Notes: a model not told the origin generated them from the sequence alone. 64,000 bases of DNA from the human T2T-CHM13v2.0 reference genome, Homo sapiens (GCF_009914755.1 NC_060933.1); one strand, 5' to 3'. Counted from the stretch's first letter, positions 15,074 through 29,910 are shown. Made by a program: numbers and translations.

Positions 15074-15500
15074 TCAACCCGAGTTCAATGGAATTGAATG
15101 GAATGGAATGGAATGGAATGGAATGGAATGGAATGGAATGGAATCAACTCGATTGCAATGGAATGGAATGGAATGGGATGGAATGGAATGGAATGGAATG
15201 GAATGGAATTAACCCTATTAGAATGGAATGGAATGGAATGGAATGGAAAAGAATGGAATGGAAGGGAATGGAATGGAATGGAATGGAATGGAATTAACCC
15301 GAGTTCAATGGAATTGAATGGAATGGAATGGAATGGAATGGAATGGAATCAACTCGATTGCAATGGAATGGAATGGAATGGGATGGAATGGAATGGAATG
15401 GAATGGAATGGAATTAACCCTAATAGAATGGAATGGAATGGAATGGAATGGAATAGAATGGAATGGAAGGGAATGGAATGGAATGGAATGGAATTAACCC
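15074..15500 (+). repeat. Local tandem duplication, ~220-bp period
   Basis: AACCCGAGTTCAATGGAATTG ... GGGATGG ... TTAACCCTA ... GGAAGGG occurs twice in series (GAGTTCAATG at 15081 and 15301). Confidence 0.75.
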
Positions 15501-16489
15501 GAATAGAATGGAATGGAATGGAATGGAATGGAATGGAATGGAATGGAATGGAATGGAATCAACTCGATTTCAATGGAATGGAATGGAATGGAATGGAATG
15601 CAATGGAAGGGAATGGAATGGAATGGAATGAAATTAACCCGAATATAATGGAATGGAATGGAATGGAATGGAATGGAATGGAATAGAATGGAATGGAATG
15701 GATTCAACTCGAATGGAATGGAAGGGAATGGAATCAACGCGAGTGGAATGGCATGGAATGGAATGGAATGGAATGGAATGGAAGTAAATGGAATGGAATG
15801 GAATGAACCCGAGTGCAGGGGAATGGAATGGAAAGGAATGGAATGGAATGGAATGGAATGCAGTGGAATGGAATCAAACCTAGTGCAATTGAATGGAATG
15901 GAATGGAATGGAATGGAATGGAATGGAATGGATTCAACCCAAATGGAATGGAAAGCAATGGAATCAACCCGAGTGGAATGGCATGGAATGGAATGGAATG
16001 GAATGTAATGGAATGTAATGGAATGGAATGGAATGGTACGGAATAAAATGGAATGGAACGAAATGGAATGGAATGGGATGGAATGGAACGGAATGGAATG
16101 GAATCATTCCGAGTGGAATAGAAGGGAATGAATTCGAGTGGAATGGAAAGGAATGGAATCAACCAGAGTGGAATGGAAGGGAATGGAATGGAATGGAAAC
16201 TAATAAAATGGAATCAACACGAGTGGAATGGAATGGAAAGGACTTGAATGGAATGGAATGGAATGGAATGGAATCAAGTCGATTGCAATGGAATGTAATG
16301 GAATGGAGTGGAATGGAATTAACGCGAATAGAATGGAATGGAATGGAATGGAATGGAATGGAATGGAATGGAATCAACCTGAGTGCAGGGGAATGGAATG
16401 CAATGGAATGCAATGGAATGCAATGGAATGGAATGGAATGGAATCAACGCGAGTGCAGGGGAATGGAATGTAATGGAATGCAATGGAAT

Positions 16490-16504
16490 GGAATCTTCTG
16501 GAAT
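16490..16504. promoter_or_regulatory. Perfect 3-unit HSE match (variant at an n position)
   Basis: GGAATCTTCTGGAAT, in the A-like interlude of domain B. Confidence 0.5.
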
Positions 16505-16703
16505 GGAATGGAATGGAATGGAATCAACCCGAGTGCAATGGAATGGAGTGGAATGGAATGGAATGGAAGGGAATGGAACAACCCGAATAGAATCGAATGT
16601 AATGGAGAGTAAGGGAGTTGAAAAGAATCAATCCGAATGTAATGGAATGGAATGGAACGGAATGGAATTGAATGGTATGGAATGGAATGCAATGGAATGG
16701 AAT

Positions 16704-17010
16704 CAACCCGAGTGCATTGGAATGGAGAGGAATGGAATGGAAACTACCCGAATGGAATGTAATGTAATGGAGTGTAAGGGAATTGAATAGAATCAATCCG
16801 AATGTAATGTAATGGAATGGAATGGAATGGAATGGAATGGAATGGAATGGAATACAATGGAATGGAATCAACCCGAGTGCAATGGAATGGAGAGGAATGG
16901 AATGGAAACTACCCGAATGGAATGTAATGTAATGGAGTGTAAGGGAATTGAATAGAATCAATCCGAATGTAATGTAATGGAATGGAATGGAATGGAATGG
17001 AATGGAATGC
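16704..17010 (+). repeat. Local tandem duplication, 165-bp period
   Basis: CAACCCGAGTGC..GGAGAGG..AAACTACCCGAATGGAATGTAATGTAATGGAGTGTAAGGG..CCGAATGTAATGTAATGG starts at 16704 and 16869 with the same private GTAATGTAAT variants. Confidence 0.85.
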
Positions 17011-17699
17011 AATGGAATGTAATGGAATGGAATGCAATGGAATCAACTCGACTGCAATGGGATGGAATGGAATGGAATGGAAGGGAAAGGAATAGAATGG
17101 AATTAACCTGAACAGAATGGAATGGAATGGAATGGAACGGAATGGAATGGAACGGAATGGAATGGAATGGAATGGAATGAACCCGTGTGCAATGGAATGG
17201 AATGGAATGGAATGGAATGGAATGGGTTCAACTCGAATGGAATGGAAAGGAATGGAATCAACACGAGTGGAATGGCATGGAATGGAATGGAATGGAATGG
17301 AATGGAATGGAATGGAATGGAATGAAATGTAATGTAATGGAATGGAATGGAATCAACCCGAGTGCAGTGTAATGGAATCGAATGGAATGGAATGGAATGG
17401 AATGGATTCAACACGAATGTAATGGAAAGGAATGGAATAAACCCGCGTGCAATGGCATGGAATGGAGTGGAATGGAATGAAATGTAAAGGAATGGAATGG
17501 AATGGAATCAACCCGAGTGCAATGTAATGGAATCGAATGGAATGGAATGGAATGCAATGGATTCAACCAGAATGGAATGGAAAGGAATGGAATAAACCCG
17601 AGTGGAATGGCATGGAATGGAGTGGAATGGAATGGAATGGAATGGTACGGAATAGAATGGAATGGAAGGAAATGGAATGGAATGGAATGGAATGGAATG

Positions 17700-20600
17700 G
17701 AATGGAATGGAATGGAATGAACCCGTGTGCAATAGAATGGAATCGAATGGAATGGAATGGATTGGAATGGATTGAACTCGAATGGAATGGAAAGGAATGG
17801 AATCAACCCGAGTGGAATGGCATGGAATGGAATGGAATGGAATGGAATGGAATGGAATGGAATGGTACGGAATAGAATGGAAAGGAACGAAATGGAATGG
17901 AATGAAATGGAACGGAATGGAATGGAATGGAATGGAATCAACCCGAGTGCAGGGGAATGGAATGGAATTGAAGGCAATGGAATGGAATCATCCGGAATTG
18001 AATGGAATGGAATGGAATCAACTCGATTGCAATGGAATGGAATGGAATGGAATGGAATGGAATGGAATGGAATGGAATTAACCCGAATAGAATGGAATGG
18101 AATGGAATGGAAGTAAATGGAATGGAAGGTAATGAACCCGAGTGCAGGGCAATGGAATGGAATGGAATGGAATGCAATGGAATGGAGTCATCTGGAATGG
18201 AAAGGAGAGGAACGGAATGGAACCAACCCGTGTGCAATGGAATGGAAAGGAATGGAATGGAATGGAATGGAATGGAATGGATTCAACCCGAATGGAATGG
18301 AAAGGAAGGGAATCAACCCAAGTGGAATGGCATGGAATGGAATGGATTCGAATGGAATGGAATGGAATGGTACTGAATAGAATGGAATGGAAGGAAATGG
18401 AATAGAATGGAATGGAATGGAATGCAATCAACCCGAGTGCAATGGAATGGAGTGGAATGGATTGGAATGGAATGGAAACAACCTGAATGGAATGGAATGA
18501 AATGGAGTGTAAGGGAATTGAATACAATCAATCCGAATGTAATGGAATGGAATGGAATGGAACGGAATGGAATGGAATGGAATGGAATGCAGTGGAATGG
18601 AATCAAACCTAGTGCAATGGAATAGAATGGAATGGAATGGAATGGAATGGAATGGAATGGAATGGAATGGAATGGAATGGATTCAACCCAAATGGAATGG
18701 AAAGCCATGGAATCAACCCGAGTGGAATGGCATGGAATGGAATGGAATGGAATGGTACGGAATAGAATGCAATGGAACGAAATGGAATGGAATGGAATGG
18801 AATGGAATGGAATGGAATGGAATGCAATCATTCCGAGTGGAATAGAAGGGAATGAATTCGAGTGGAATGGAAAGGAATGGAATCAACCAGAGTGGAATGG
18901 AAGGGAATGGAATGGAATGGAAACTAATAAAATGGAATGAAAACGAGTGGAATGGAATGGAAAGGACTGGAATGGAATGGAATGGAATGGAATGGAATGG
19001 AATGGAATGGAATGGAATCAACTCGATTGCTATGGAATGTAAGGGAATGGAATGGAATGGAATTAACCCGAATAGAATGGAATGGAATGGAATGGAATGG
19101 AATGGAATCAACCTGAGTGCAGGGGAATGGAATGCAATGGAATGCAATGCAATGGAATGGAATGCAATGGAATCAACTAGATTGCAATGGAATGGAATGG
19201 AATGGAATGGAATGGAATGGAATGGAATGAACCCGTGTGCAATAGAATGGAATCGAATGGAATGGAATGGATTGGAATGGATTGAAGTCGAATGGAATGG
19301 AAAGGAATGGAATCAACCCGAGTGGAATGGCATGGAATGGAATGGAATGGAATGGAATGGAATGGAATGGAATGGAATGGTACGGAATAGAATGGAAAGG
19401 AACGAAATGGAATGGAATGAAATGGAACGGAATGGAATGGAATGGAATGGAATCAACCCGAGTGCAGGGGAATGGAATGGAATTGAAGGCAATGGAATGG
19501 AATCATCCGGAATTGAATGGAATGGAATGGAATCAACTCGATTGCAATGGAATGGAATGGAATGGAATGGAATGGAATGGAATGGAATGGAATTAACCCG
19601 AATAGAATGGAATGGAATGGAATGGCAGTAAATGGAATGGAAGGTAATGAACCCGAGTGCAGGGCAATGGAATGGAATGGAATGGAATGCAATGGAATGG
19701 AGTCATCTGGAATGGAACGGAGAGGAACGGAATGGAACCAACCCGTGTGCAATGGAATGGAAAGGAATGGAATGGAATGGAATGGAATGGAATGGAATGG
19801 ATTCAACCCGAATGGAATGGAAAGGAAGGGAATCAACCCAAGTGGAATGGCATGGAATGGAATGGATTGGAATGGAATGGAATGGAATGGTACCGAATAG
19901 AATGGAATGGAAGGAAATGGAATAGAATGGAATGGAATGGAATGCAATCAACCCGAGTGCAATGGAATGGAGTGGAATGGATTGGAATGGAATGGAAACA
20001 ACCTGAATGGAATGGAATGAAATGGAGTGTAAGGGAATTGAATACAATCAATCCGAATGTAATGGAATGGAATGGAATGGAACGGAATGGAATGGAATGG
20101 AATGGAATGCAGTGGAATGGAATCAAACCTAGTGCAATGGAATAGAATGGAATGGAATGGAATGGAATGGAATGGAATGGAATGGAATGGAATGGATTCA
20201 ACCCAAATGGAATGGAAAGCCATGGAATCAACCCGAGTGGAATGGCATGGAATGGAATGGAATGGAATGGTACGGAATAGAATGCAATGGAACGAAATGG
20301 AATGGAATGGAATGGAATGGAATGGAATGGAATGGAATGCAATCATTCCGAGTGGAATAGAAGGGAATGAATTCGAGTGGAATGGAAAGGAATGGAATCA
20401 ACCAGAGTGGAATGGAAGGGAATGGAATGCAATGGAAACTAATAAAATGGAATGAAAACGAGTGGAATGGAATGGAAAGGACTTGAATGGAATGGAATGG
20501 AATGGAATGGAATGGAATGGAATGGAATGGAATCAACTCGATTGCTATGGAATGTAAGGGAATGGAATGGAATGGAATTAACCCGAATAGAATGGAATGG

Positions 20601-20730
20601 AATGGAATGGAATGGAATGGAATTGAATCAACCTGAGTGCAGGGGAATGGAATGCAATGGAATGCAATGGAATGGAATGGAATGCAATGGAATCAACTAG
20701 ATTGCAATGGAATGGAATGGAATGGAATGG
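17700..20730 (+). repeat. Tandem duplication, two ~1.51-1.52-kb copies
   Basis: Shared private variants at offset 1510-1520: GTGTGCAATAG (17725/19235), GAAGGTAATGAACCCGAGTGCAGGGC, GAGTCATCTGG, AAAGCCATGG, GAATGAAAACGAG, ATTGCTATGG, CAACTAGATTGC (19174/20694). Confidence 0.9.
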
Positions 20731-23700
20731 AATGGAATGGAATGGAAGGGAATGGAATGGATTGGAATTAACCTGAACAGAATGGAATGGAATGGAATGG
20801 AATGGAATGCAATGGAATGGAACGGAATGGAATGGAATGGAATGGAATGGAATCAACCAGAGTGCAGGGGAATGCAATGGAATGGAATGCAATGGAATGG
20901 AATCATCCGGAATGGAATTGAATGGAATGGAATGCAATGGAATGGAATCAATCAACCCGAGTGCAATGCAATGGAGTGTAATGGAATCGAATGGAATGGA
21001 AACTACCCGAATGGAATGGAATGTAATGGAGTGTAAGGGAATTAAAAAGAATCAATCCGAATGTAATGGAATGGAATGGAACGGAATGAAATGGAATGGC
21101 ATGGAATGGAATGGAATCAACCCGAGTGCAATGGAATGGAATTGAACTGAATGGAATGGAAAGGAATGGATTCAACCCGAATGGAATGGAAAGGAATGTA
21201 ATAAACCCCAGTGGAATGGCATGGAATGGAATGAAATGGAGTGGAATGGAATGGAATGGAATGGAATGGTACGGAATAGAATGGAATGGAACGAAATGGA
21301 ATAGAATGGAATGGAATGGAATGGAATGAAACCGTGTGCAATGGAATGGAATGGAATGGAATGGAATGGAATGGAATGGAATGGGTTCGACTCGAATGGA
21401 ATGGAATGGAATGGAATCAACCCGAGTGGAATGGCATGGAATGGAATGGAATGGAATGGAATGGAATGGAATGGAATGGAAACAACACGAGTGCAATGTA
21501 ATGGAATCGAATGGAATGGAATGGAATGGAATGGAATGGATTCAACCCGAATGGAATGGAAAGGAATGGAATAAACCCGAGTGGAATGGCATGGAATGGA
21601 GTCTAATGGAATGGAATGGAATGGAATGGTATGGAATAGAATGGAATGGAACGAAATGGAATGGAATGGAATGGAATGGAATGGAATGGAATGAAATGAA
21701 CCCGTGTGCAATGGAATGGAATGGAATGGAATGGAATGGAATGGAATGGAATGAGTTCAACTCGAATGGAATGGAAAGGAATGGAATCAACCCGAGTAGA
21801 ATGGCATGGAATGGAATGGAATGGAATGGAATGGAATGGAATGGAATGGTACGGAATAGAATGGAATGGAGCGAAATGGAATGGAATGGAATGGAATGGA
21901 ATGGAATGGAGTGGAATGAAATCGTGTGCAATGGAATGGAATGGAATGGAATGGAATGGAATGGAATGGAATAGAGTGGAATGGAATGGAAAGGAATGGA
22001 GTGGAATGGAATGGAATGGGTTCAACTCGAATGGAATGGAAAGGAATGGAATCAACCCGAGTGGAGTGTCATGGAATGGAATGGAATAGGATGGAATGGA
22101 ATGGAATGGAATCATCCCGAGTGCAATGTAATGGAATCGAAAGGAATGGAATGGAATGGAATGGAATGGATTCAACCCGAATGGAATGAAAAGAAATGGA
22201 ATAAACCCGAGTGGAATGGCATGGAATGGAGTGGAATTGAATGGAATGCAATGGTACAGAATAGAATGGAATGGAACGAAATGGAATGGAATAGAATGGA
22301 ATGGAATGGAATGGAATGGAATGGAATGAACCCGTGTGCAATGGAATGGAATGGAATGGAATGGAATGGAATGGAATGGAATGGAATGGAATGGAATGGA
22401 ATGGATTCAACTCGAATGGAATGGAAGGGAAAGGAATCAACCCGAGTGGAATGGCATGGAATGGAGTGGAATGGAATGCAATGGAATGGAATGGAATAGA
22501 ATGGAATGGAATGGAATAGTACAGAATAAAATGGAATGGAACGAAATGGAATGGAATGAAATGGAATGGAATGGAATGGAATGGAATGGAATGGAATGGT
22601 ATGGAAAGGAATGGAATGGAATGGTACGGAATATAATGGAATGGAACGAAATGGAATGGAATGAAATGGAATGGAATGGAATGGAATCAACCCGAGTGCA
22701 GGGGAATGGAATGGAATTGAAGGCAATGGAATGGAATCATCCGGAATTGAATGGAATGGAATGGAATCAACTCGATTGCAGTGGAATGGAATGGAATGGA
22801 ATGGAATGGAATGGAATGGAATGGAATGGAATTAACCCGAATAGAATGGAATGGAATGGAATGGAATGGAATGGAATGGAATCAACTCGATTTCAATGGA
22901 ATGGAATGGAATGGAATGGAATGGAATGGAATGGAATGGAATAGAATGGAACGGAATGAAATGGAATGGAATGGAATGGAATGGAATGGAATGGAATGGA
23001 ATCAACCCGAGTGCAGGGGAATGGAATGGAATTGAAGGCAATGGAATGGAATCATCCGGAATGGAATGGAATGGAATGGAATCAACTCGATTGCAATGGA
23101 ATGGAATGGAATGGAATGGAATGGAATGGAATGGAATGGAATGGAATTAATCCGAATAGAATGTAATAGAATGGAATGGAATGGAATGGAAGTAAATGGA
23201 ATGGAATGGAATGAACCCGAGTGCAGGGGAATGGAATGGAATGGAATGGAATGGAATGGAATGCAGTGGAATGGAATCAAACCTAGTGCAATTGAATGGA
23301 ATGGAATGGAATGGAATGGAATGGAATGGAATGGAATGCATTCAACCCAAATGGAATGGAAAGCAATGGAATCAACCCGAGTGGAATGGCATGGAATGGA
23401 ATGGAATGGAATGGAATGGAATGGAATGGAATGGAATGGTACGGAATAAAATGGAATGGAACGAAATGGAATGGAATGGAATGGAATGGAACGGAATGGA
23501 ATGGAATCATTCCGAGTGGAATAGAAGGGAATGAATTCGAGTGGAATGGAAAGGAATGGAATCAACCAGAGTGGAATGGAAGGGAATGGAATGGAATGGA
23601 AACTAATAAAATGGAATCAACACGAGTGGAATGGAATGGAAAGGACTTGAATGGAATGGAATGGAATGGAATGGAATCAAGTCCATTGCAATGGAATGTA

Positions 23701-23917
23701 ATGGAATGGAGTGGAATGGAATTAACGCGAATAGAATGGAATGGAATGGAATGGAATGGAATGGAATGGAATGGAATGGAATGGAATGGAATGGAATCAA
23801 CCTGAGTGCAGGGGAATGGAATGCAATGGAATGCAATGGAACGCAATGGAATGGAATGGAATGGAATGGAATCAAAGCGAGTGCAGGGGAATGGAATGTA
23901 ATGGAATGCAATGGAAT

Positions 23918-23932
23918 GGAATATTCCGGAAT
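23918..23932. promoter_or_regulatory. Perfect 3-unit HSE match (variant at an n position)
   Basis: GGAATATTCCGGAAT. Confidence 0.5.
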
Positions 23933-25354
23933 GGAATGGAAAGGAATGGAATCAACCCGAGTGCAATGGAATGGAGAGGAATGGAATGGAAACTACCCGA
24001 ATGGAATGGAATGTAATGGAGTGTAAGGGAATTGAATAGAATCAATCCGAATGTAATGGAATGGAATGGAACGGAATGGAATGGAATGGAATGGAATGGA
24101 ATGGAATGGAACGGAATGGAACGGAATGGAATGGAATGGAAAGGTATGGAATGGAATGGAATGGAATCAACCCGAGTGCAATGGAATGGAGTGGAATGGA
24201 ATGGAATGGAATGGAACAACCCGAATGGAATGGAATGGAATGGAGAGTAAGAGAGTTGAATAGAATCAGTCCGAATGTAATGGAATGGAATGCAACGGAA
24301 TGGAATGGAATGGAATGGAATGGAATGGAATGAAATGGAATGGAATCAACCCGAGTACAATGGAATGGAATGGAATGGAATGGAATGGAATGGAACGGAA
24401 TGGAATGGAATGCCTTCAAACCGAATGGAATGGAAAGGAATGGAATCAACAAGAGTGGAATGGAATGGAATGGAATGGAAAGGAATGGAATGGAATGGAA
24501 TGGTACGGAATAGTATGGAATGGAAGGAAATGGAATGGAATGGAATGGAATGGAATGGAAAGGAATGGAATGGAATCGTTCCGAGTGGAATAGGAGGGAA
24601 TGTATTCGAGTGGAATGGAAAGGAATGGAATCAACCAGAGTGGAATGGAAGGGAATGGAATGGAATGGAAACTAATAGAATGGAATCAACCCGAGTGGAA
24701 TGGAATGGAAAGGACTGGAATGGAATGGAATGGAATGATCAACTCGATTGTAATAGAATGGAATGGAATGGAATGGAATGGAATGAAATGGCATGGAATG
24801 GAATTAACTCGAATACAATGGAATGGAATGGAATGCAAGGGAATGGAGTGGAATGGAATGGAATCAACCCGAGTGCAGGGAAATGGAATGGAATGGAATG
24901 CAATGGAATGGAATCATCCGGAATGGAATGGAATGGAATGGAATGCAAAGCAATGGAATCAACTCGATTGCAATGGAATGGAATGGAATGGAAAGGAATA
25001 GAATGGAATCAACCCGAGTGGAATGGAATGGAAAGGACTGGAATGGAGTGGAATGGAATGGAATGGAATGGAATGGAATCAACTCGATTGGAATGGAATG
25101 GAATGGAATGGAATGGAATGGAATGGAATGGAATCAACTCGATTGCAATCGAATGGAATGGAATGGAATTAACCCGAATAGAATGGAATGGAATGGAATG
25201 GAACGGAACGGAATGGAATGGAATGGAATGGAATGGAATGGAATGAAATGGAACGGAACGGAACGGAACGGAACGGAACGGAATGGAATGGAATGGAATG
25301 GAATGGAATCAACGCGAGTGCAGGGGAATGGAATGGAATGGAATGCAATGGAAT

Positions 25355-25369
25355 GGAATCTTCCGGAAT
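25355..25369. promoter_or_regulatory. Perfect 3-unit HSE match
   Basis: GGAATCTTCCGGAAT. Confidence 0.5.
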
Positions 25370-26873
25370 GGAATGGAATGGAATGAAATGCAATGGATTC
25401 AACTCGATTGCAATGGAATGGAATGGAATGGAATGGAATGAAATGCAATGGATTCAACTCGATTGCAATGGAATGGAATAGATTGGAATGGAATGGAATG
25501 GAATGGAATGGAATGGAATGGAATGGAATGGAATTAACCCGAATAGAATGGAATGGAATGGAATGGAACGGAATGGAACGAAATGGAATGGAATGGAATG
25601 GAATGGAATGGAATGGTATGGAATGGAATGGAATGGTACGGAATAGAATGGAATGGAACGAATTGTAATGGCATGGAATGGAATGGAATGGAATGGAATG
25701 GAATGGAATGGAATGGAATCAACGCGAGTGCAGGGGAATGTAATGGAACGGAATGCAATGGAATGGAATCATCCGGAATGGAATGGAATGGAATGGAAAG
25801 GAATGGAATCAACCCGAGTGCAATGGAATGGAGTGGAATGGAATGGAATGAAATGGAACAACCCGAATGGAATGGAATGTAATGGAGAGTAAGGGAGTTG
25901 AATAGAATCAATCCGAATGTAATGGAATGCAATGCAACGGATTGGAATGGAATGGAATGGGATGGAATGCAATGGAATGGAATCAACCCGAGTACAATGG
26001 AATGGAATGGAATGGAATGGAATGGAATGGAATGCCTTCAAACCGAATGGAATGGAAAGGAATGGAATCAACACGAGTGGAATGGAATGGAATGGAATGG
26101 AATGGAATGCAATGGAATGATACGGAATAGAATGTAATGGAACGAAATGGAATGGAATGGAATGGAATGGAATGGAATGGAATGGAATGGAATGGAATGG
26201 AATCGTTCCGAGTGGAATAGGAGGGAATGTATTCGAGTGGAATGGAAAGGAATGGAATCACCCAGAGTGGAATGGAAGAGAATGGAATGGAATGGAAACT
26301 AATAGAATGGAATCAACCCGAGTGGAATGGAATGGAAAGGACTGGAATGGAATGGAATGGAATGGAATCAACCCGAGTGCAATGGAATGGATTCGAATGG
26401 AATGGACTGGAATGGAATGGATTCAACAAGAATGGAATGGAAAGGAATGGATTCAACCCGAGTGTAATGGCATGGAATGGAACGGAATGGAATGGGATGG
26501 AATAGAATGGTACGGAATAGAATGGAATGGAATGAAATGGAATGGAATGGAATGGAATGGAATGGAATGGAATGGAATGGAATCAACTCGATTGCAATCG
26601 AATGGAATGGAATGGAATTAACCCGAATAGAATGGAATGGAATGGAATGGAATGGAACGGAATGGAATGGAATGGAATGGAATGGAATGGAATGGAATTG
26701 AACGGAACGGAATGGAATGGAATGGAATGGAATGGAATGGAATCAACGCGAGTGCAGGAGAATGGAATGGAATGGAATGGAATTGAACGGAACGGAATGG
26801 AATGGAATGGAATGGAATGGAATGGAATCAACGCGAGTGCAGGGGAATGGAATGGAATGGAATGCAATGGAAT

Positions 26874-26888
26874 GGAAACTTCCGGAAT
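26874..26888. promoter_or_regulatory. Perfect 3-unit HSE match (variant at an n position)
   Basis: GGAAACTTCCGGAAT. Confidence 0.5.
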
Positions 26889-29419
26889 GGAATGGAATGG
26901 AATGGAATGGAATGAAATGCAATGGATTCAACTCGATTGCAATGGAATGGAATAGAATGGAATGGAATGGAATGGAATGGAATTAATCCGAATAGAATGG
27001 AATGGAATGGAAAGGAACAGAACGGAACGGAATGGAATGGAATGGAATGGAATGGTATGTAATGGAATGGAATGGTACGGAATAGAATGGAATGGAACGA
27101 ATTGCAATGGAATGGAATTGAATGGAATGGAATGGAATGGAAACAACGCGAGTGCAGGGGAATGTAATGGAACGGAATGCAATGGAATGGAATCACGTGG
27201 AATGGAATGGAATGGAATGGAATGGAATGGAATGGAATGGAATCAACCCGAGTGCAATGGAATGGAGTGGAATGGAATGGAATGGAATGGAACAACCCGA
27301 ATGGAATGGAATGTAATGGAGAGTAAGGGAGTTGAATAGAATCAATCCGAATGTAATGGAATGGAATGCAACGGAATGGAATGGAATGGAATGGAATGGA
27401 ATGCAATGGAATGGAATCAACTCGAGTACAATGGAATGGAATGGAATGGAATTGAATGCAATGGAATGGAATCAACTCGAGTACAATGGAATGGAATGGA
27501 ATGGAATGGAAGGGAATGGAATGGAATGGAATGGAATGGAATGGAATGCCTTCAAACCGAATGGAATGGAAAGGAATGGAATCACCACGAGTGGAATGGA
27601 ATGGAATGGAAAGGAATGGAATGGAATAGAATGGTACGGAATAGAATGGAATGGAACGAACTGGAATGGAATGGAATGGAATGGAATGGAATGGAATGGA
27701 ATGGAATGGAATGGAATGGAATCGTTCTGAGTGGAATAGGAGGGAATGTATTCGAGTGGAATGGAAAGGAATGGAATCAACCAGATTGGAATGGAAGGGA
27801 ATGGAATGGAATGGAAACTAATAGAATGGAATCAACCCGAGTGGAATGGAATGGAAAGGACTGGAATGGAATTGAATGGAATGGAATTGAATGGAATCAA
27901 ATACATTGTAATGGAATGGAATGGAATGGAATGGAATGGAATTAACCCGAATACAATGGAATGGACTAGAATGGAACGGAATGGAGTGGAATGGAATGGA
28001 ATCAACCCGAGTGCAGGGGAATGGAATGGAATGGAACGCAATGGAATGGAATCATCCGGAATGGAATGGAATGGAATGGAATGCAAAGCAATGGAATCAA
28101 CTCGATTGCAATGGAATGGAATGGAATGGAAAGGAATACATTGGAATCAACCCGAGTGGAATGGAATGGAAAGGACTGGAATGGAGTGGAATGGAATGGA
28201 ATGGAATGGAATGGAATCAACTCGATTGGAATGGAATGGAATGGAATGGAAAGGAATGGAATCGAATTAACCCGAATAGAATGGAATGGAATGGAATGGA
28301 ACGGAACGGAATGGAATGGAATGGAATGGAATCAACTCGATTGCAATCGAATGGAATGGAATGGAATTAACCCGAATAGAATGGAATGGAATGCAATGGA
28401 ACGGAATGGAACGGAACGGAATGGAATGGAATGGAATGGAATGGAATGGAATGGAATGGAATCAACGCGAGTGCAGGGGAATGTAATGGAACGGAATGCA
28501 ATGGAACGGAATCATCCGGAATGGAATGGAATGGAATGGAATGGAATGCAATCAACCCGAGTGCAATGGAATGGAGTGGTATGGAATGGAACGGAATGGA
28601 ACAACCCGAATGGAATGGAATGTAATGGAGAGTAAGGGAGTTGAATAGAATCAATCCGAATGTAATGGAATGGAATGCAACGGATTGGAATGGAATGGAA
28701 TGCAATGGAATGGAATCAACCCGAGTACAATGGAATGGAATGGAATGGAATGGAATGGAATGGAATGCCTTCAAACCGAATGGAATGGAAAGGAATGGAA
28801 TCAACACGAGTGGAATGTAATGGAATGGAATGGAAGGGAATGGAATGGAATGGAATGGAATGATACGAAACAGAATGGAATGGAACGAAATGGAATGGAA
28901 TGGAATGGAATGGAATGGAATGGAATGGAATGGAATGGAATGGAATGGAATCGTTCCGAGTAGAATAGGAGGGAATGTATTCGAGTGGAATGGAAAGGAA
29001 TGGAATCAACCAGAGTGGAATGGAAGAGAATGGAATGGAATGGAAACTAATAGAATGGAATCAACCCGAGTGGAATGGAATGGAAAGGACTGGAATGGAA
29101 TAGAATGGAATGGAATGGAATGAAATGGAATGGAATCAACACGATTGGAATGGAATGTAATGGAATGGAATGGAATGAAATGGAATGGAATCAACTCGAT
29201 TGCAATGGAATGGAATGGAATGGAATGAAATGGAATGGAATTAACCCGAATACAATGGAATGGAATGGAATGGAATGGTACGGAAAGGAGTGGAATGGAA
29301 TGGAATCAACCAGATTGCAGGGGAATGGAATTGAATGGAATGCAATGGAATGGAATCATCCGGAATGGAATGGAATGGAATGGAATGCAAAGCAATGGAA
29401 TCAACTCGATTGCAATGGA

Positions 29420-29910
29420 ATGGAATGGAATGGAAAGGAATACATTGGAATCACCCCGAGTGGAATGGAAAGGAAAGGACTGGAATGGAGTGGAATGGAA
29501 TGGAATGGAATGGAATGCAATCAACTCGATTGGAATGGAATGGAATGGAATGGTACGGAATAGAATGGAATGGAACGAATTGTAATGGAATGGAATTTAA
29601 TGGAATGGAATGGAATCAACGCGAGTGCAGGGGAATGTAATGGAACGGAATGCAATGGAATGGAATGGAATGGAAAGGAATACATTGGAATCAACCCGAG
29701 TGGAATGGAATGGAAAGGACTGCAATGGAGTGGAATGGAATGGAATGGAATGGAATGGAATCAACTCGATTGGAATGGAATGGAATGGAATGGTACGGAA
29801 TAGAATGGAATGGAACGAATTGTAATGGAATGAAATTGAATGGAATGGAATGGAATGGAATGGAATCAACGCGAGTGCAGGGGAATGTAATGGAACGGAA
29901 TGCAATGGAA
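29420..29910 (+). repeat. Local tandem duplication, ~240-250-bp period
   Basis: GGAATACATTGG ... AGGACTG ... CAACTCGATTGG ... GGAACGAATTGTAATGG ... CAACGCGAGTGCAGGGGAATGTAATGG repeated (TACATTGG at 29441 and 29681). Confidence 0.85.

Larger units (their letters stand above)
9076..23870 (+). repeat. HSat3 sub-domain B
   Basis: Distinct motif set: GAACCCGTGTGC, GGGTTCAACTCG, CAAACCTAGTGC, GGTACGGAATAG..GGAACGAAAT, TCATTCCGAGTGGAATAGAAGGGAATGAATTCG, GGAAACAACCCG. Short A-like interlude at ~16440-17000. Boundaries approximate. Confidence 0.75.
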
